Shown one piece after another: positions 7,360 through 16,674 of a stretch of 40,194 nucleotides of DNA. A program made the translations under genes and the position numbers. Source of the stretch: an uncultured Candidatus Saccharibacteria bacterium (GTDB taxonomy: Bacteria > Patescibacteriota > UBA1384 > XYA2-FULL-43-10 > CAINNR01); the NCBI GenBank assembly GCA_964515615.1, contig CAZEVI010000001.1, positions 17,535 through 57,728 of the forward strand, read 5' to 3'. Numbering within the stretch: position 1 is the stretch's first letter; each line of letters opens with the position of its first letter. Under the pieces are notes generated by a model that saw only the letters and a program-made list of their open reading frames with translations, made no database searches and had not been told where the DNA came from.

Positions 7360-9396
7360 TTATTTATTACCTTTGTACTCGCAACCTAAAAAATTTATCC
7401 TTGCGTTGTTTGCATCAAAGCCTTTTTTGCTTCCGGTAAAAATATTATAATTTTTATGGCTGGTGAAAGGAAAATTGTTTTCCAGATAAATTTTAACTTC
7501 GCTACCCGCCAACTGGCTGAAAGCGACTTTTAATTCCCCAGGATTCAATTGTAAATAATTTGTTAAAATAAATTTTTGCTGTCCACTAACAATTTTTATC
7601 TTCGATTTTGACTCAAGATTGAAATTTAGAAGACAAATTGAATTGTCGCTGATAATCGAATGAAATGCTAGCACCTTTTCGTTCGGTTGATCACTGTAAA
7701 CATTTTTGGCAAGAATTTTCATCGATGTTAAATTTTTGGTCGAAGTAATCTCAAAAATCGGTTTCGCCTTGTTGAATTTATATTCGAGGAGATAATTATC
7801 AACATTCAAATCCGGATAGATTTTTTTATCCAAATTGCTGAAAATCGTTAAAAGGTCGGTGTGAAGTTGTTGCGCTTTGATTAAGTTAACTAAGTAATCT
7901 TGACTGGCAACCGTCCCCGAAGAATCGATAAAAAATTGATTCTCTTCTTCACCAATTTTGTGTTTTTTGACAATTATTTTCTGCTCGTTTGAATGATCAA
8001 AAGCATCGGTAACAAAAACGTCGTCGGGGCTTTTGGGGGAAGATTTTTGATCGATTATTTTTGAAAAATAATCGGACGCCAAAGAAAGATCTCCTTCAAA
8101 TTGCGGCAGATAATAGCAAAATTGAACAACCATGGCCGAGATGACAATGATTAAATAGCAGCGATAAGCAGCTATCTTTTGGTAGTTCAAAATCGCCAAA
8201 GCGGCTAAAATCGAAATTGGAAGATAGAGCGGAACAAAAAAGCGGCCGTCAACAAAGCTAAGTACAATCATAAAAATATAAGGAACCAACCACCAAAGAT
8301 GCCATTTATTTTTCAAAAATAGTATTCCCAAAAGTGCCAAAAACAAAATTAAGAAAAAATAAATCTCAATCATCAATCGCCAAAAGTACTGGCCGAAAAA
8401 TCCGAGATTGCCAACATTGTAAACTTCGTTGTAGACATATGAATTTGGCAAGAATAAATTTCTGATTTTTGAAAAAGCAAGTTTGGCAAATTTTAGCGGA
8501 TTTTTGGCGATCCAATGATCGGCCAATTTTTTGTAATTTTTATCGGAGAGATATTCGTTATCGGTTTTAACCACGTTGCCGGACACTAGATAACCGGTCG
8601 GCGGAAATGCGGCGTTGTTGCCATTTAGGACATACGGGTTGTTTCCCAAAAGCATATTCACGCCGCCATTGGTTGAAACTAAAACCGGACCACCCGTAGC
8701 GATCGATGAACGAATCGACCAAAAGAGAACCGGCAAAATCGCAAAAAATATTAAGATAAATTTCAGATATTCAAACTTGTGAAATTTGAAAAAATGATAA
8801 ATAAATACTAGAGGAATTATTAAAAGATAAATTAAATAGGTTGGACGAGTTAGTATTAACCAACCAAACAAAAGTCCAGAGATAATTACTAACAGCGGAT
8901 TTTTTCTCTCCCGACCCAAAAAATAAAAATAAAAGGCGCCGATGATAAAAAATTGGGAGATTGATTCGGTCCAAAGACTGTTGTTCATAAAGTAAATTAC
9001 CGGGTTCAAAAGATATATAACGATTACCAACTGTGCAACGCGATCGGAAAAAAATCTTTTGACAATGCTGAAAAACATTATAATCGAAATCAAAAACAAT
9101 CCGATTTGAGAGAGAACAGCCAGTTGCCACTTTCCCGAGATTGAGTAAATTATCGCCAAAAAAATCGGCAGACCCGGCGGACGATAAGCTGTTAGTATCC
9201 AATTTCCTTCTGAATCTTTATTTTCAGCGTAAACGTGATATTTGGCCAAATTGCTTCCAAGAATTTGATAATTTATCGGATCATTCGGGTGAGCGTAGGG
9301 ATTATTTTTCAAATTCAAAAACAACACCACAGATAAAACGGCGGCAACAACCACCACACAAACCAGAAACCAATTAATTTTGATTGTTTTTTTCAT
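7360..9396 (-). CDS. ArnT/PMT-like (GT39/GT83-type) GT-C glycosyltransferase with ~250-aa C-terminal extracytoplasmic domain; paralog A
   Basis: 678 aa. N-terminal TM, then YRPPGLPIFLAIIY, LLFGWLILTRPTYLIYLL and STNGGVNMLLGNNPY. Clearly paralogous to the next gene along its full length. Confidence 0.7.
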   Translation of the reverse strand: MKKTIKINWFLVCVVVVAAVLSVVLFLNLKNNPYAHPNDPINYQILGSNLAKYHVYAENKDSEGNWILTAYRPPGLPIFLAIIYSISGKWQLAVLSQIGLFLISIIMFFSIVKRFFSDRVAQLVIVIYLLNPVIYFMNNSLWTESISQFFIIGAFYFYFLGRERKNPLLVIISGLLFGWLILTRPTYLIYLLIIPLVFIYHFFKFHKFEYLKFILIFFAILPVLFWSIRSSIATGGPVLVSTNGGVNMLLGNNPYVLNGNNAAFPPTGYLVSGNVVKTDNEYLSDKNYKKLADHWIAKNPLKFAKLAFSKIRNLFLPNSYVYNEVYNVGNLGFFGQYFWRLMIEIYFFLILFLALLGILFLKNKWHLWWLVPYIFMIVLSFVDGRFFVPLYLPISILAALAILNYQKIAAYRCYLIIVISAMVVQFCYYLPQFEGDLSLASDYFSKIIDQKSSPKSPDDVFVTDAFDHSNEQKIIVKKHKIGEEENQFFIDSSGTVASQDYLVNLIKAQQLHTDLLTIFSNLDKKIYPDLNVDNYLLEYKFNKAKPIFEITSTKNLTSMKILAKNVYSDQPNEKVLAFHSIISDNSICLLNFNLESKSKIKIVSGQQKFILTNYLQLNPGELKVAFSQLAGSEVKIYLENNFPFTSHKNYNIFTGSKKGFDANNARINFLGCEYKGNK

Positions 9397-9417
9397 CTTT
9401 GATTCGCAAAATAATTA

Positions 9418-11526
9418 TTATTCTATACTATCAAACGATAGTATCCTATTAATCTGCGCTCCGTTAATTTGAAATGCTCTTTTTTGTCCGGTGAACAAAT
9501 TGTAGTTATGCAAATTTTCAAACTCAAGATTATTTTTTAATTTGATCGCAACAGTTGTTTTGTCATTTAATTTGACAATTATTTTGAAAATCGCTCTGCC
9601 GGGAAATGTAAAATTCGTCAAGTGCAAAGTTTTATTCCCTGACCTAATGAACATTTCCGATGTTTGATCGAGCTCGGCAAATAACAGATATTGTTTATCA
9701 TCTTCGGTATTAAATCTTTTGGCTGTTTGAATTTGATCCGGCCAATCGGAAGTTGCAGGTTGACCGTCAACAATTTGAAAATTGGTTGGCAACGATTCAC
9801 TGGGAACTATTTTAAAAATCGGCCGTGAAAGTTCACTGCAATACAATAAATTATTTTGGTTTGAAATATCAGGATATTTAGTCTTGTCGATGTCAGAAAA
9901 AACCGACACTAAATCAGTATAAATCTGTCCGTGTTTGATTAAATCCAACAGTTGTTTTTGTGAAATTTCTTCTCCTTTTGAATCAAAGAAAAGCTGCTCA
10001 CCGCGACCAAATTGACCGTCTTTACAAATTACCCTTTGAAGATTGGTTTTGCAACTCGCGTCGGTGATAAAAAAATTATTCTCCACAAGGCTGACAATTT
10101 GACTATCCCGATAACTTTTGTAATATTCTCTGGCCAATACAAATTCTTTGATAATTGAAGGATAGAAAAATAGAAATTGCCAGCCAAAAATTATCAACAT
10201 CATTATCAGATATAATTTGTTAGCCGATAATTTAGAAATGTTAATAATTGCTAGCGCCGCCAGTATTGACATCGGCAAATACAACGGAATTGCAAATCGG
10301 CTGTCAGCAAAAGTTAAAATAATTATTAAAATGTATGGCAAAAGCCAGAGAAATATCCACTTGTTTTTTACAAACCGTATACCTAGTAGTGCGAAAAGGA
10401 GCAACAGAGAATAATTTATCATTTTAATCAAACAAAGAATCTCAGCCGACAACTTGCTTGCGCTGTTTTCAATTCCAAATAAATTATTGTCCGCCACAAA
10501 AAGATATTGTATTTTACTTAACGACATTTTTATAAAAAGCCGGGGGTTGCGGACAATCCAGATTGCCGCCTCCTTAGTGTCATTGCGGTCAATGTCACTC
10601 TCGCTGGAACTATTACCGGGCCCAATTCCTCTTGCCTGCAAAAAAGCAGGCGACGGCCAATTTGCCGCCCTGCCATTAATATTGTACGGATTGTTACCCA
10701 GCATATAATTGATTCCTCCGTTGGTTGAAATTAAAACCGGACTGCCACTGACTATCGTTGACCGAACAGACCAAGCCAAAATTGGAACACAAGCCCAAAC
10801 TAAAAAAATTAAAAATGATTTGTTCAGTTCCCGATTTTTCAGTCGAGCTATTATTAAATACAGAAAAAATATAAGTAAATAAATTAGAAAAGTTGGCCGA
10901 ACTAAAATTAGCCAGCCAAATAATAAGCCGGCGATGATTAAAGATAAGTATCGATGAATGTTAGCCAAGTGGTCAAAAAAGAGATAAAAATAGGCCGAAA
11001 TTATTAGTAACGAGAGCGTAACAGATTCGGTCCAAAAACTATTGTTTACTAATAGAATTGTAAAATTTGTGCCGTAAATAATAGCTGCTACGAAAGCTGT
11101 TTTCCGATCAAAATATTTTTTTATTAATTTAAATAGTAAAAAAATACTTAAAAGAAAAACCGCCATTTGCAACAAAATTACCAATTTCCAAGCATTAATT
11201 TTAACTAAATAAATTAAAGCGATAAACAGCGGATACCCCGGTGGACGAAAAGAGTTAACAATACTGCCATACGGCGAAGTATGAAAATAATGCAAATTTT
11301 TCATATTTAAAAAAAGATTTTCCGAATATCTATGAGCGGCAACCAAATTCCTTCCCAACAAATCATAAATTTTAGGGTCGTTGATCAGAGTTTGCGGATT
11401 ATTGGGGAAAAAAATAAATAACAGAATCATAATAATTAGTGGCAAAAATAAAATCACCGCAATTGCTACAAATTCAAGTTTTTTGGACTTGTTTTTTCTT
11501 TCGATTGTTGGCTTATCTTCGGCCAT
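9418..11526 (-). CDS. ArnT/PMT-like GT-C glycosyltransferase; paralog B
   Basis: 702 aa. FRPPGYPLFIALIY, LLFGWLILVRPTFLIYLL and STNGGINYMLGNNPY. The C-terminal domain shares FFDSKGEE..LLDLIK..YTDL..VFSDIDK..YPD and NYNLFTG motifs with paralog A. Confidence 0.7.
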   Translation of the reverse strand: MAEDKPTIERKNKSKKLEFVAIAVILFLPLIIMILLFIFFPNNPQTLINDPKIYDLLGRNLVAAHRYSENLFLNMKNLHYFHTSPYGSIVNSFRPPGYPLFIALIYLVKINAWKLVILLQMAVFLLSIFLLFKLIKKYFDRKTAFVAAIIYGTNFTILLVNNSFWTESVTLSLLIISAYFYLFFDHLANIHRYLSLIIAGLLFGWLILVRPTFLIYLLIFFLYLIIARLKNRELNKSFLIFLVWACVPILAWSVRSTIVSGSPVLISTNGGINYMLGNNPYNINGRAANWPSPAFLQARGIGPGNSSSESDIDRNDTKEAAIWIVRNPRLFIKMSLSKIQYLFVADNNLFGIENSASKLSAEILCLIKMINYSLLLLFALLGIRFVKNKWIFLWLLPYILIIILTFADSRFAIPLYLPMSILAALAIINISKLSANKLYLIMMLIIFGWQFLFFYPSIIKEFVLAREYYKSYRDSQIVSLVENNFFITDASCKTNLQRVICKDGQFGRGEQLFFDSKGEEISQKQLLDLIKHGQIYTDLVSVFSDIDKTKYPDISNQNNLLYCSELSRPIFKIVPSESLPTNFQIVDGQPATSDWPDQIQTAKRFNTEDDKQYLLFAELDQTSEMFIRSGNKTLHLTNFTFPGRAIFKIIVKLNDKTTVAIKLKNNLEFENLHNYNLFTGQKRAFQINGAQINRILSFDSIE

Positions 11527-12157
11527 TTTTTTTCGGAATTAAAATGAAAAATATCAGTATAAAAAAAGTTATGATTGCTGGAAAAAAAGTCAGTAAAACG
11601 TGATTGTAGTGATGTCTGATGTCGGAGACGGTTTCTTTAATCAAATCGATAATTCTTGTTTGAAAAACGACTCTCGGACCGTTATCAATTTGTGGGTCGG
11701 GATTGGAGTCGGCAATTCCAATAGAAAGTTGATTGTTGGTTTCGAATCGACTGTTGTTAATAAATTTAACATCGACAGCCGCTCCGGATTGCGGTTCGGC
11801 AGAAAATTTTATCCAGTTGTATTTTTTATTTTTTAGATTTGACAGCGGAATCTCCTGACTCTCGTTTTGAAGCTGATTGTTTCGGTCTCTAAAACTAACG
11901 ACAACCGTTAACTTTTTGTCCTTCTCTTTTTCAATATAAAAATTTTTGTTGATAATAATTAAAAGGCCGGAGACTTTTCGGTCGGTAACGAAATTCAGTT
12001 CGGTTTGGCCGGCAAAGCCAATCTCTCGACCGCCAATTGCCGTTGTTTGAATATTGCCGACATAATTTATCGGCAAAAATGATAAAAATATCAAAAAAAC
12101 GACAATGATAATCGCCAATATTATAGAAACAATTTTACTCCGATTTTTTTTCATCAA
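11513..12157 (-). CDS. Hypothetical bitopic membrane protein (N- and C-terminal TM helices, ~150-aa central domain)
   Basis: 214-aa ORF in the operon orientation. It overlaps both neighbours (14 nt and 23 nt). No recognisable motif. Confidence 0.55.
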   Translation of the reverse strand: MMKKNRSKIVSIILAIIIVVFLIFLSFLPINYVGNIQTTAIGGREIGFAGQTELNFVTDRKVSGLLIIINKNFYIEKEKDKKLTVVVSFRDRNNQLQNESQEIPLSNLKNKKYNWIKFSAEPQSGAAVDVKFINNSRFETNNQLSIGIADSNPDPQIDNGPRVVFQTRIIDLIKETVSDIRHHYNHVLLTFFPAIITFFILIFFILIPKKNGRR

Positions 12158-13424
12158 AATTAAAATAAATTTTATAAGCTATAAAGATGAGTGAAAGATC
12201 AAATAAGCTTCGAACTAAGATTCTAGCCGATGGTAAACCGAATGACAAAATCGGCGGTTGCTGATAAATTCCCCCAACCGATAAAAAGAATGATTGGTTT
12301 GCCGGAATAAATAATTGCCAGCTGACCGCTGTCCCCCAAAAACTTTCAATAAACAACAGATAGAAAATCACAAGCAAGATAAAATACCAGAAAAATTTTG
12401 GCCTCTCGGGCAGAATAAAAATCAACATTGGTGTCATCCAAACTAAATAATGAGGATTAAAATATCCGAAAAGAAAATAGGCCACCGAAGCCAAAAAAAG
12501 AAATTTTAGAAGCTGATTAAAATTGGCCTCTCTTTTTAATCGATAATAAATATAAAGTAAAACTGGATAAGCCAAAACAAAAATTGAAGCTAAACTAAAA
12601 TCGTTGCCAATTTTCATACTGAGAAAAAATTGGCCAAAATCAGCCGAACTAGCCGAAGAAACAATTGACGACGCTCCACCCAAAGAGATAAATCGGCTAA
12701 TAATTGCCAATGGCAAAACAGCGAACAAGGAATTAATAATATAATCTTTGTAGTTTTTAGAGAAATAGATAATTAGTAGTGGCAGGAATAAAATAAAACT
12801 TACTCGAGTCGCTACTGCCAAACCGGCAATTAAAATCGTCAAAACCGGTTGTTTTCTGCTAGCCAACAAAAACGATAACGCCAAAAGAGAAATCGGAATA
12901 ATTTCATAGCGCCCCCAGAGATAAACCGAATACAAAATTAACGGATTAAACGCCCAAAAAGCAATCGCGTAATTTCTGGTTTTTCTGTTCTGTGAAAAAT
13001 ATTTGAAGATAACGACCAAAAACAATAGATCAAAAATTAAATAGGGAGCTTTAAAAAGAAAAAGATAATTTAGGGCATTTGCAGAGAGCAAAAAATTTTG
13101 CAGTTCGGCAAATGAAACCGAACTTTGCTGAATATTTGAAAGTTGTAAAGCATCTGGCAATTTCGAAATTAGCGGTTTTATCAGCCAAAGATATGGAATT
13201 AGAATCACTTCGGAAAATTTCCCGACATTGAAAAAATGGTTAAAAATAAACAGTGATTGCCGTCTGATTGATGACAACAGGTCGTTATGAGTCGAAAGCG
13301 GCATTAAAAGAAAACGAATAAACAATCCCCCAAGAATAAAAATAGGGGCAATTTTGCGCCCCTCGATAAAACGCACTTGATTGTTTTTTTCTTCTGCCAT
13401 TTTTTCATTATTAACGATTTCCAA
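12135..13424 (-). CDS. Polytopic membrane protein, probable GT-C-fold glycosyltransferase (DUF2029/GT87/PIG-V-like pattern)
   Basis: 429 aa with ~10 or more hydrophobic segments. The region LFKAPYLIFDLL...AFWAFNPLILYSVYLWGRYEIIPISLLALSFLLASRK...GLAVATRVSF resembles the loop/TM pattern of GT87-like enzymes. Start is ambiguous (TTG 13424 or ATG 13400). Confidence 0.5.
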   Translation of the reverse strand: MEIVNNEKMAEEKNNQVRFIEGRKIAPIFILGGLFIRFLLMPLSTHNDLLSSIRRQSLFIFNHFFNVGKFSEVILIPYLWLIKPLISKLPDALQLSNIQQSSVSFAELQNFLLSANALNYLFLFKAPYLIFDLLFLVVIFKYFSQNRKTRNYAIAFWAFNPLILYSVYLWGRYEIIPISLLALSFLLASRKQPVLTILIAGLAVATRVSFILFLPLLIIYFSKNYKDYIINSLFAVLPLAIISRFISLGGASSIVSSASSADFGQFFLSMKIGNDFSLASIFVLAYPVLLYIYYRLKREANFNQLLKFLFLASVAYFLFGYFNPHYLVWMTPMLIFILPERPKFFWYFILLVIFYLLFIESFWGTAVSWQLFIPANQSFFLSVGGIYQQPPILSFGLPSARILVRSLFDLSLIFIAYKIYFNFDEKKSE

Positions 13425-13438
13425 GAAAAAATCAATAG

Positions 13439-14692
13439 CTAGCTCAACTCTTTTTTGACTTCAAGATAATTTAAAACAAAATAAGGCAAGTATGAGATTG
13501 ATGTTGCGATTGATGCACCATTGACTCCGTACTTTGGGATAAGCAGATAATTGAGCAAAATATTTGCAACAATAGTGAACGAAATGTTAATCGCTCGCTT
13601 TTTCGCCAAACCGCGAAAATCAAGGAGGGTGCTAAAAAAAACTGAATAAGAAAACATAATCAAATACGGCAAAAGAAGAATTAGCGGCATTGCCGAAGCG
13701 ACATAATTTGAGCCGTATATTTTTGGCATAAACCAATTGGCGAGCGTGATGATAATGACGGCAATTGAGAAAAATATTGCTGTGTTGGCTTTTATCAGTT
13801 TGGCAAAAATCTTTCTTAATTTTTCCCTGTTTTGATCGTCTAATTTGGCAAAAATCGGCATTGTTCCCATTGAAATGGCGATCGCCAAGTGGGGCAATTT
13901 TACGATTATCTGTTTGGCGGCGGCGTAAATCCCGACATCATAACTGGTTTTCAAGTAGCCAATCATTACCGTATCGATCTCGGTGGCAATCCAAAAACCA
14001 ATGCTGACAAGAAACAGTGGAAAGCTATAATGAATAATTTGCTTTAAATAACGATTTTGACTTTTGCTCTCCCCGCGGTAAAAATTAAAATAAACTATCA
14101 ACCCTCCGACCAAGGCGGCTAAAAATAGACTAATCACATAAGAATCAATAATAGCCGAAAGTTGAATTGAGAATTGGAAAAAAAACAAAACTAGAAAAAA
14201 TTTTAAACCGAATTCAATCGAATTGATAATAAAATTATATTTATTGAGATGCAAACCGACGAAAGCATCTTTCAAAAATTCTACTCCGCCGGAGAAAAAA
14301 ACCAGCGGTGATGAAAGCAAAAAAAGCTTAGTCAATTCCGGTCGGCTGAGTAAATTTGCCAACTCTTTGCTAAAAATTGCCAAAATAGCGGCGACACAGA
14401 AACTAAAAATAAATCTGGCTTGAAAAGCGGCCTTCAAAACCGCTTTTAACTCTCCTGATCCGCTATGTTTGGCGATGTAGGTTTTGCTCGAAGCGTTGAT
14501 GCCGAAATAGGACACCAACAATATCATTGAAAGAATTGAATAAAAAAACGACCACTGACCAAAAACCTCGACTCCTAGAACACGAGCCAGATAAATGTTT
14601 AGTGCATAAAATAAGCCAAAAGTAACGAACTTTGACAAAAAACTCCAAAAAGTTTCCTTGGCAAATTTATTTTTAAAAAATTTATTTAGCAT
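13439..14692 (-). CDS. Wzx-like oligosaccharide flippase (MOP superfamily polysaccharide biosynthesis protein)
   Basis: 417 aa, ~12 TM segments. N-terminus KETFWSFLSKFVTFGLFYALNIYLARVLGVEVFGQWSFFYS is typical of the family. Confidence 0.8.
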   Translation of the reverse strand: MLNKFFKNKFAKETFWSFLSKFVTFGLFYALNIYLARVLGVEVFGQWSFFYSILSMILLVSYFGINASSKTYIAKHSGSGELKAVLKAAFQARFIFSFCVAAILAIFSKELANLLSRPELTKLFLLSSPLVFFSGGVEFLKDAFVGLHLNKYNFIINSIEFGLKFFLVLFFFQFSIQLSAIIDSYVISLFLAALVGGLIVYFNFYRGESKSQNRYLKQIIHYSFPLFLVSIGFWIATEIDTVMIGYLKTSYDVGIYAAAKQIIVKLPHLAIAISMGTMPIFAKLDDQNREKLRKIFAKLIKANTAIFFSIAVIIITLANWFMPKIYGSNYVASAMPLILLLPYLIMFSYSVFFSTLLDFRGLAKKRAINISFTIVANILLNYLLIPKYGVNGASIATSISYLPYFVLNYLEVKKELS

Positions 14693-15509
14693 TTTTGTAT
14701 ATTTCTTTTGTATCTTTTCTTAACGGCGAGTTAGGTTTTTTTTCGTAATTGCCGATCGCTAAAAAGCTAATCGGCACCAATGATTTATCAATTTTGAAAT
14801 GTTGACGGAATTGATTTATGCTATTTTTAAAATTGGGAGATTCTTTCAGCCCAAGCCAACATGCACCGTAACCCCTTGAGTGAAGCGACAAAAGCAAATT
14901 TTGAATCGCAGCACCGACATCCAAATAAGAATAAATTGTTTCATTTTGATTGTATTTTGAACGATCAATCATTGCTACAATTAAAACTTTGGCTTTGACA
15001 AAGAAATCTTGATTAGTTAAATTTTGAATGTATTTAAAATCGGTTTTTTTGCTAACTATCAGGAAAAACCAACCTTGCCGATTACAAGAATTTGGCGCCC
15101 ATTTTGCGCTGTCGATCGCTTGAATAATATCTTCGATTTTAACCGGCTTATTGTTCCATTTTCGAATGCTCCGCCGAGATTTAATCGCTTGTTCAATTAT
15201 TTTTATCTCTTGGCTTGAATATTTAACCGAAGCAGTCTCCTTTGGCTTCAGATGAAAATTAGCGTCAAAAAGAACATCTCGCGCCCAACGAATTGAATCA
15301 TCAGCAGTAACACCACGCCGAACCAATTGACTAAATAGAAAGTTTACTTCGAAATTCAGAATCGAATTATTCTGTCGATTTTGATTCGCTTTCTCCAATA
15401 AATGGGCTCTTTTCAAAAATTGAGTTTTGATTTTATCATCGCTCCAAAACAGAGCCCGAAAATAATAAAATAGACGAAAAGCAAATGTTTTTTTGACTCG
15501 ATATTTCAT
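14682..15509 (-). CDS. Nitroreductase-family flavoprotein with ~100-aa N-terminal extension
   Basis: 275 aa. SRRSIRKWNNKPV...AIDSAKWAPNSCNRQGWFFLIV is the nitroreductase FMN-binding signature. Confidence 0.75.
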   Translation of the reverse strand: MKYRVKKTFAFRLFYYFRALFWSDDKIKTQFLKRAHLLEKANQNRQNNSILNFEVNFLFSQLVRRGVTADDSIRWARDVLFDANFHLKPKETASVKYSSQEIKIIEQAIKSRRSIRKWNNKPVKIEDIIQAIDSAKWAPNSCNRQGWFFLIVSKKTDFKYIQNLTNQDFFVKAKVLIVAMIDRSKYNQNETIYSYLDVGAAIQNLLLSLHSRGYGACWLGLKESPNFKNSINQFRQHFKIDKSLVPISFLAIGNYEKKPNSPLRKDTKEIYKNAK

Positions 15510-16663
15510 TTAATCAATTTAGTAATTTTCTTGTCGAATCGACGGCTAATTCGCTCCATTTTCTTTAAGCCACTATCAATTTTCCCAACAATTAATTTTT
15601 GCCAGTTCTTTTTAATGTTAGCAAATTTTTTCTGAAAAAGTTTTTGACTATAATTTTTTTCAAATAGATTCAAGTAACATTCATCTTGCAAATTGAAATC
15701 ATGGAGCAACTGATATTTTTTGCTCTTTTTAATCTTTCCGTTCTTGCTTTCAATCGCAATAAACGGGGTTTTATTTTTCAAACAAAAAACAGAGCCATGA
15801 AATCTGTCGGTCAGACAGAAATCAAAATATCTAAAAACTTCCGCCCACTCCTCGGGATTGAGCTCGTCACCCAAGTTGACATCGGCCAAAGGATTAAAAA
15901 TGCTCAAAGCGATAATTTGGTAATTTTGACTTCTAAAATAATTGATAATCTCTTTAATTTGATAATCGCAATAGCCGGTGATAAGAGCAAAAAGCGGACG
16001 ATCCGGCTTTAGGCCAAATTTTATCAATTTATCTCTGGCGACGGTTTTTTTTATCCGATAGAAAAACGCCGGATCGGGAATCTGCGAAATTTCTTTTCGG
16101 CAATCGATCTTTCGAAGCAAATTTTTTGTCTCCGAGTCGCGAACACTTACGGCATTAAAAGAGTTAACTGATTTTGATAATATCGGCCGATATTTCGGCA
16201 ATAGATTTTCTTGATATTGATACGCTGAAGCGGCATAGGAAATTTTGATTGATTTTAACTTTGGAGACAACCAAAATATGTTGGGAATCTTCGGCAAAAA
16301 ATAACTATCGGAAAATTTCCAAATACTGTCACTGCCGACAAAAATTGCTTTCAAACTTAATTTATTCAGATATTGGACTATTTTCCAGAAACCAAAAATA
16401 TTCGGCATCCGGTCAATCGGTAATTTGTTCTGAAATCTACGGAATATCAATAATCTTTGTAGTCCAAATAACGGTTTCTTCGGATAGATTTTCAATATTT
16501 TCAAAAATTCCATTACCTCCATTTTTGGATGACGATAATCGAGGATTTTGATTCGATATTCGGGCAGCAATTTGCTTAAATGGTCAACCAAACCAAGCGA
16601 TTGCAAAACTGCTCCGTTATTTACCGCTCGATGATATGTAATTATTCTGATCTCTTTTGACAT
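15506..16663 (-). CDS. Polysaccharide pyruvyl transferase (CsaB/WcaK family)
   Basis: The N-terminal IRIITYHRAVNNGAVLQSLGL and C-terminal TDRFHGSVFCL motifs are typical. ATGA overlap with the nitroreductase start at 15506-15509. ATG 16663 is preferred over the track TTG 16669. Confidence 0.75.
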   Translation of the reverse strand: MSKEIRIITYHRAVNNGAVLQSLGLVDHLSKLLPEYRIKILDYRHPKMEVMEFLKILKIYPKKPLFGLQRLLIFRRFQNKLPIDRMPNIFGFWKIVQYLNKLSLKAIFVGSDSIWKFSDSYFLPKIPNIFWLSPKLKSIKISYAASAYQYQENLLPKYRPILSKSVNSFNAVSVRDSETKNLLRKIDCRKEISQIPDPAFFYRIKKTVARDKLIKFGLKPDRPLFALITGYCDYQIKEIINYFRSQNYQIIALSIFNPLADVNLGDELNPEEWAEVFRYFDFCLTDRFHGSVFCLKNKTPFIAIESKNGKIKKSKKYQLLHDFNLQDECYLNLFEKNYSQKLFQKKFANIKKNWQKLIVGKIDSGLKKMERISRRFDKKITKLIK

Positions 16664-16674
16664 TACCAATTTTT

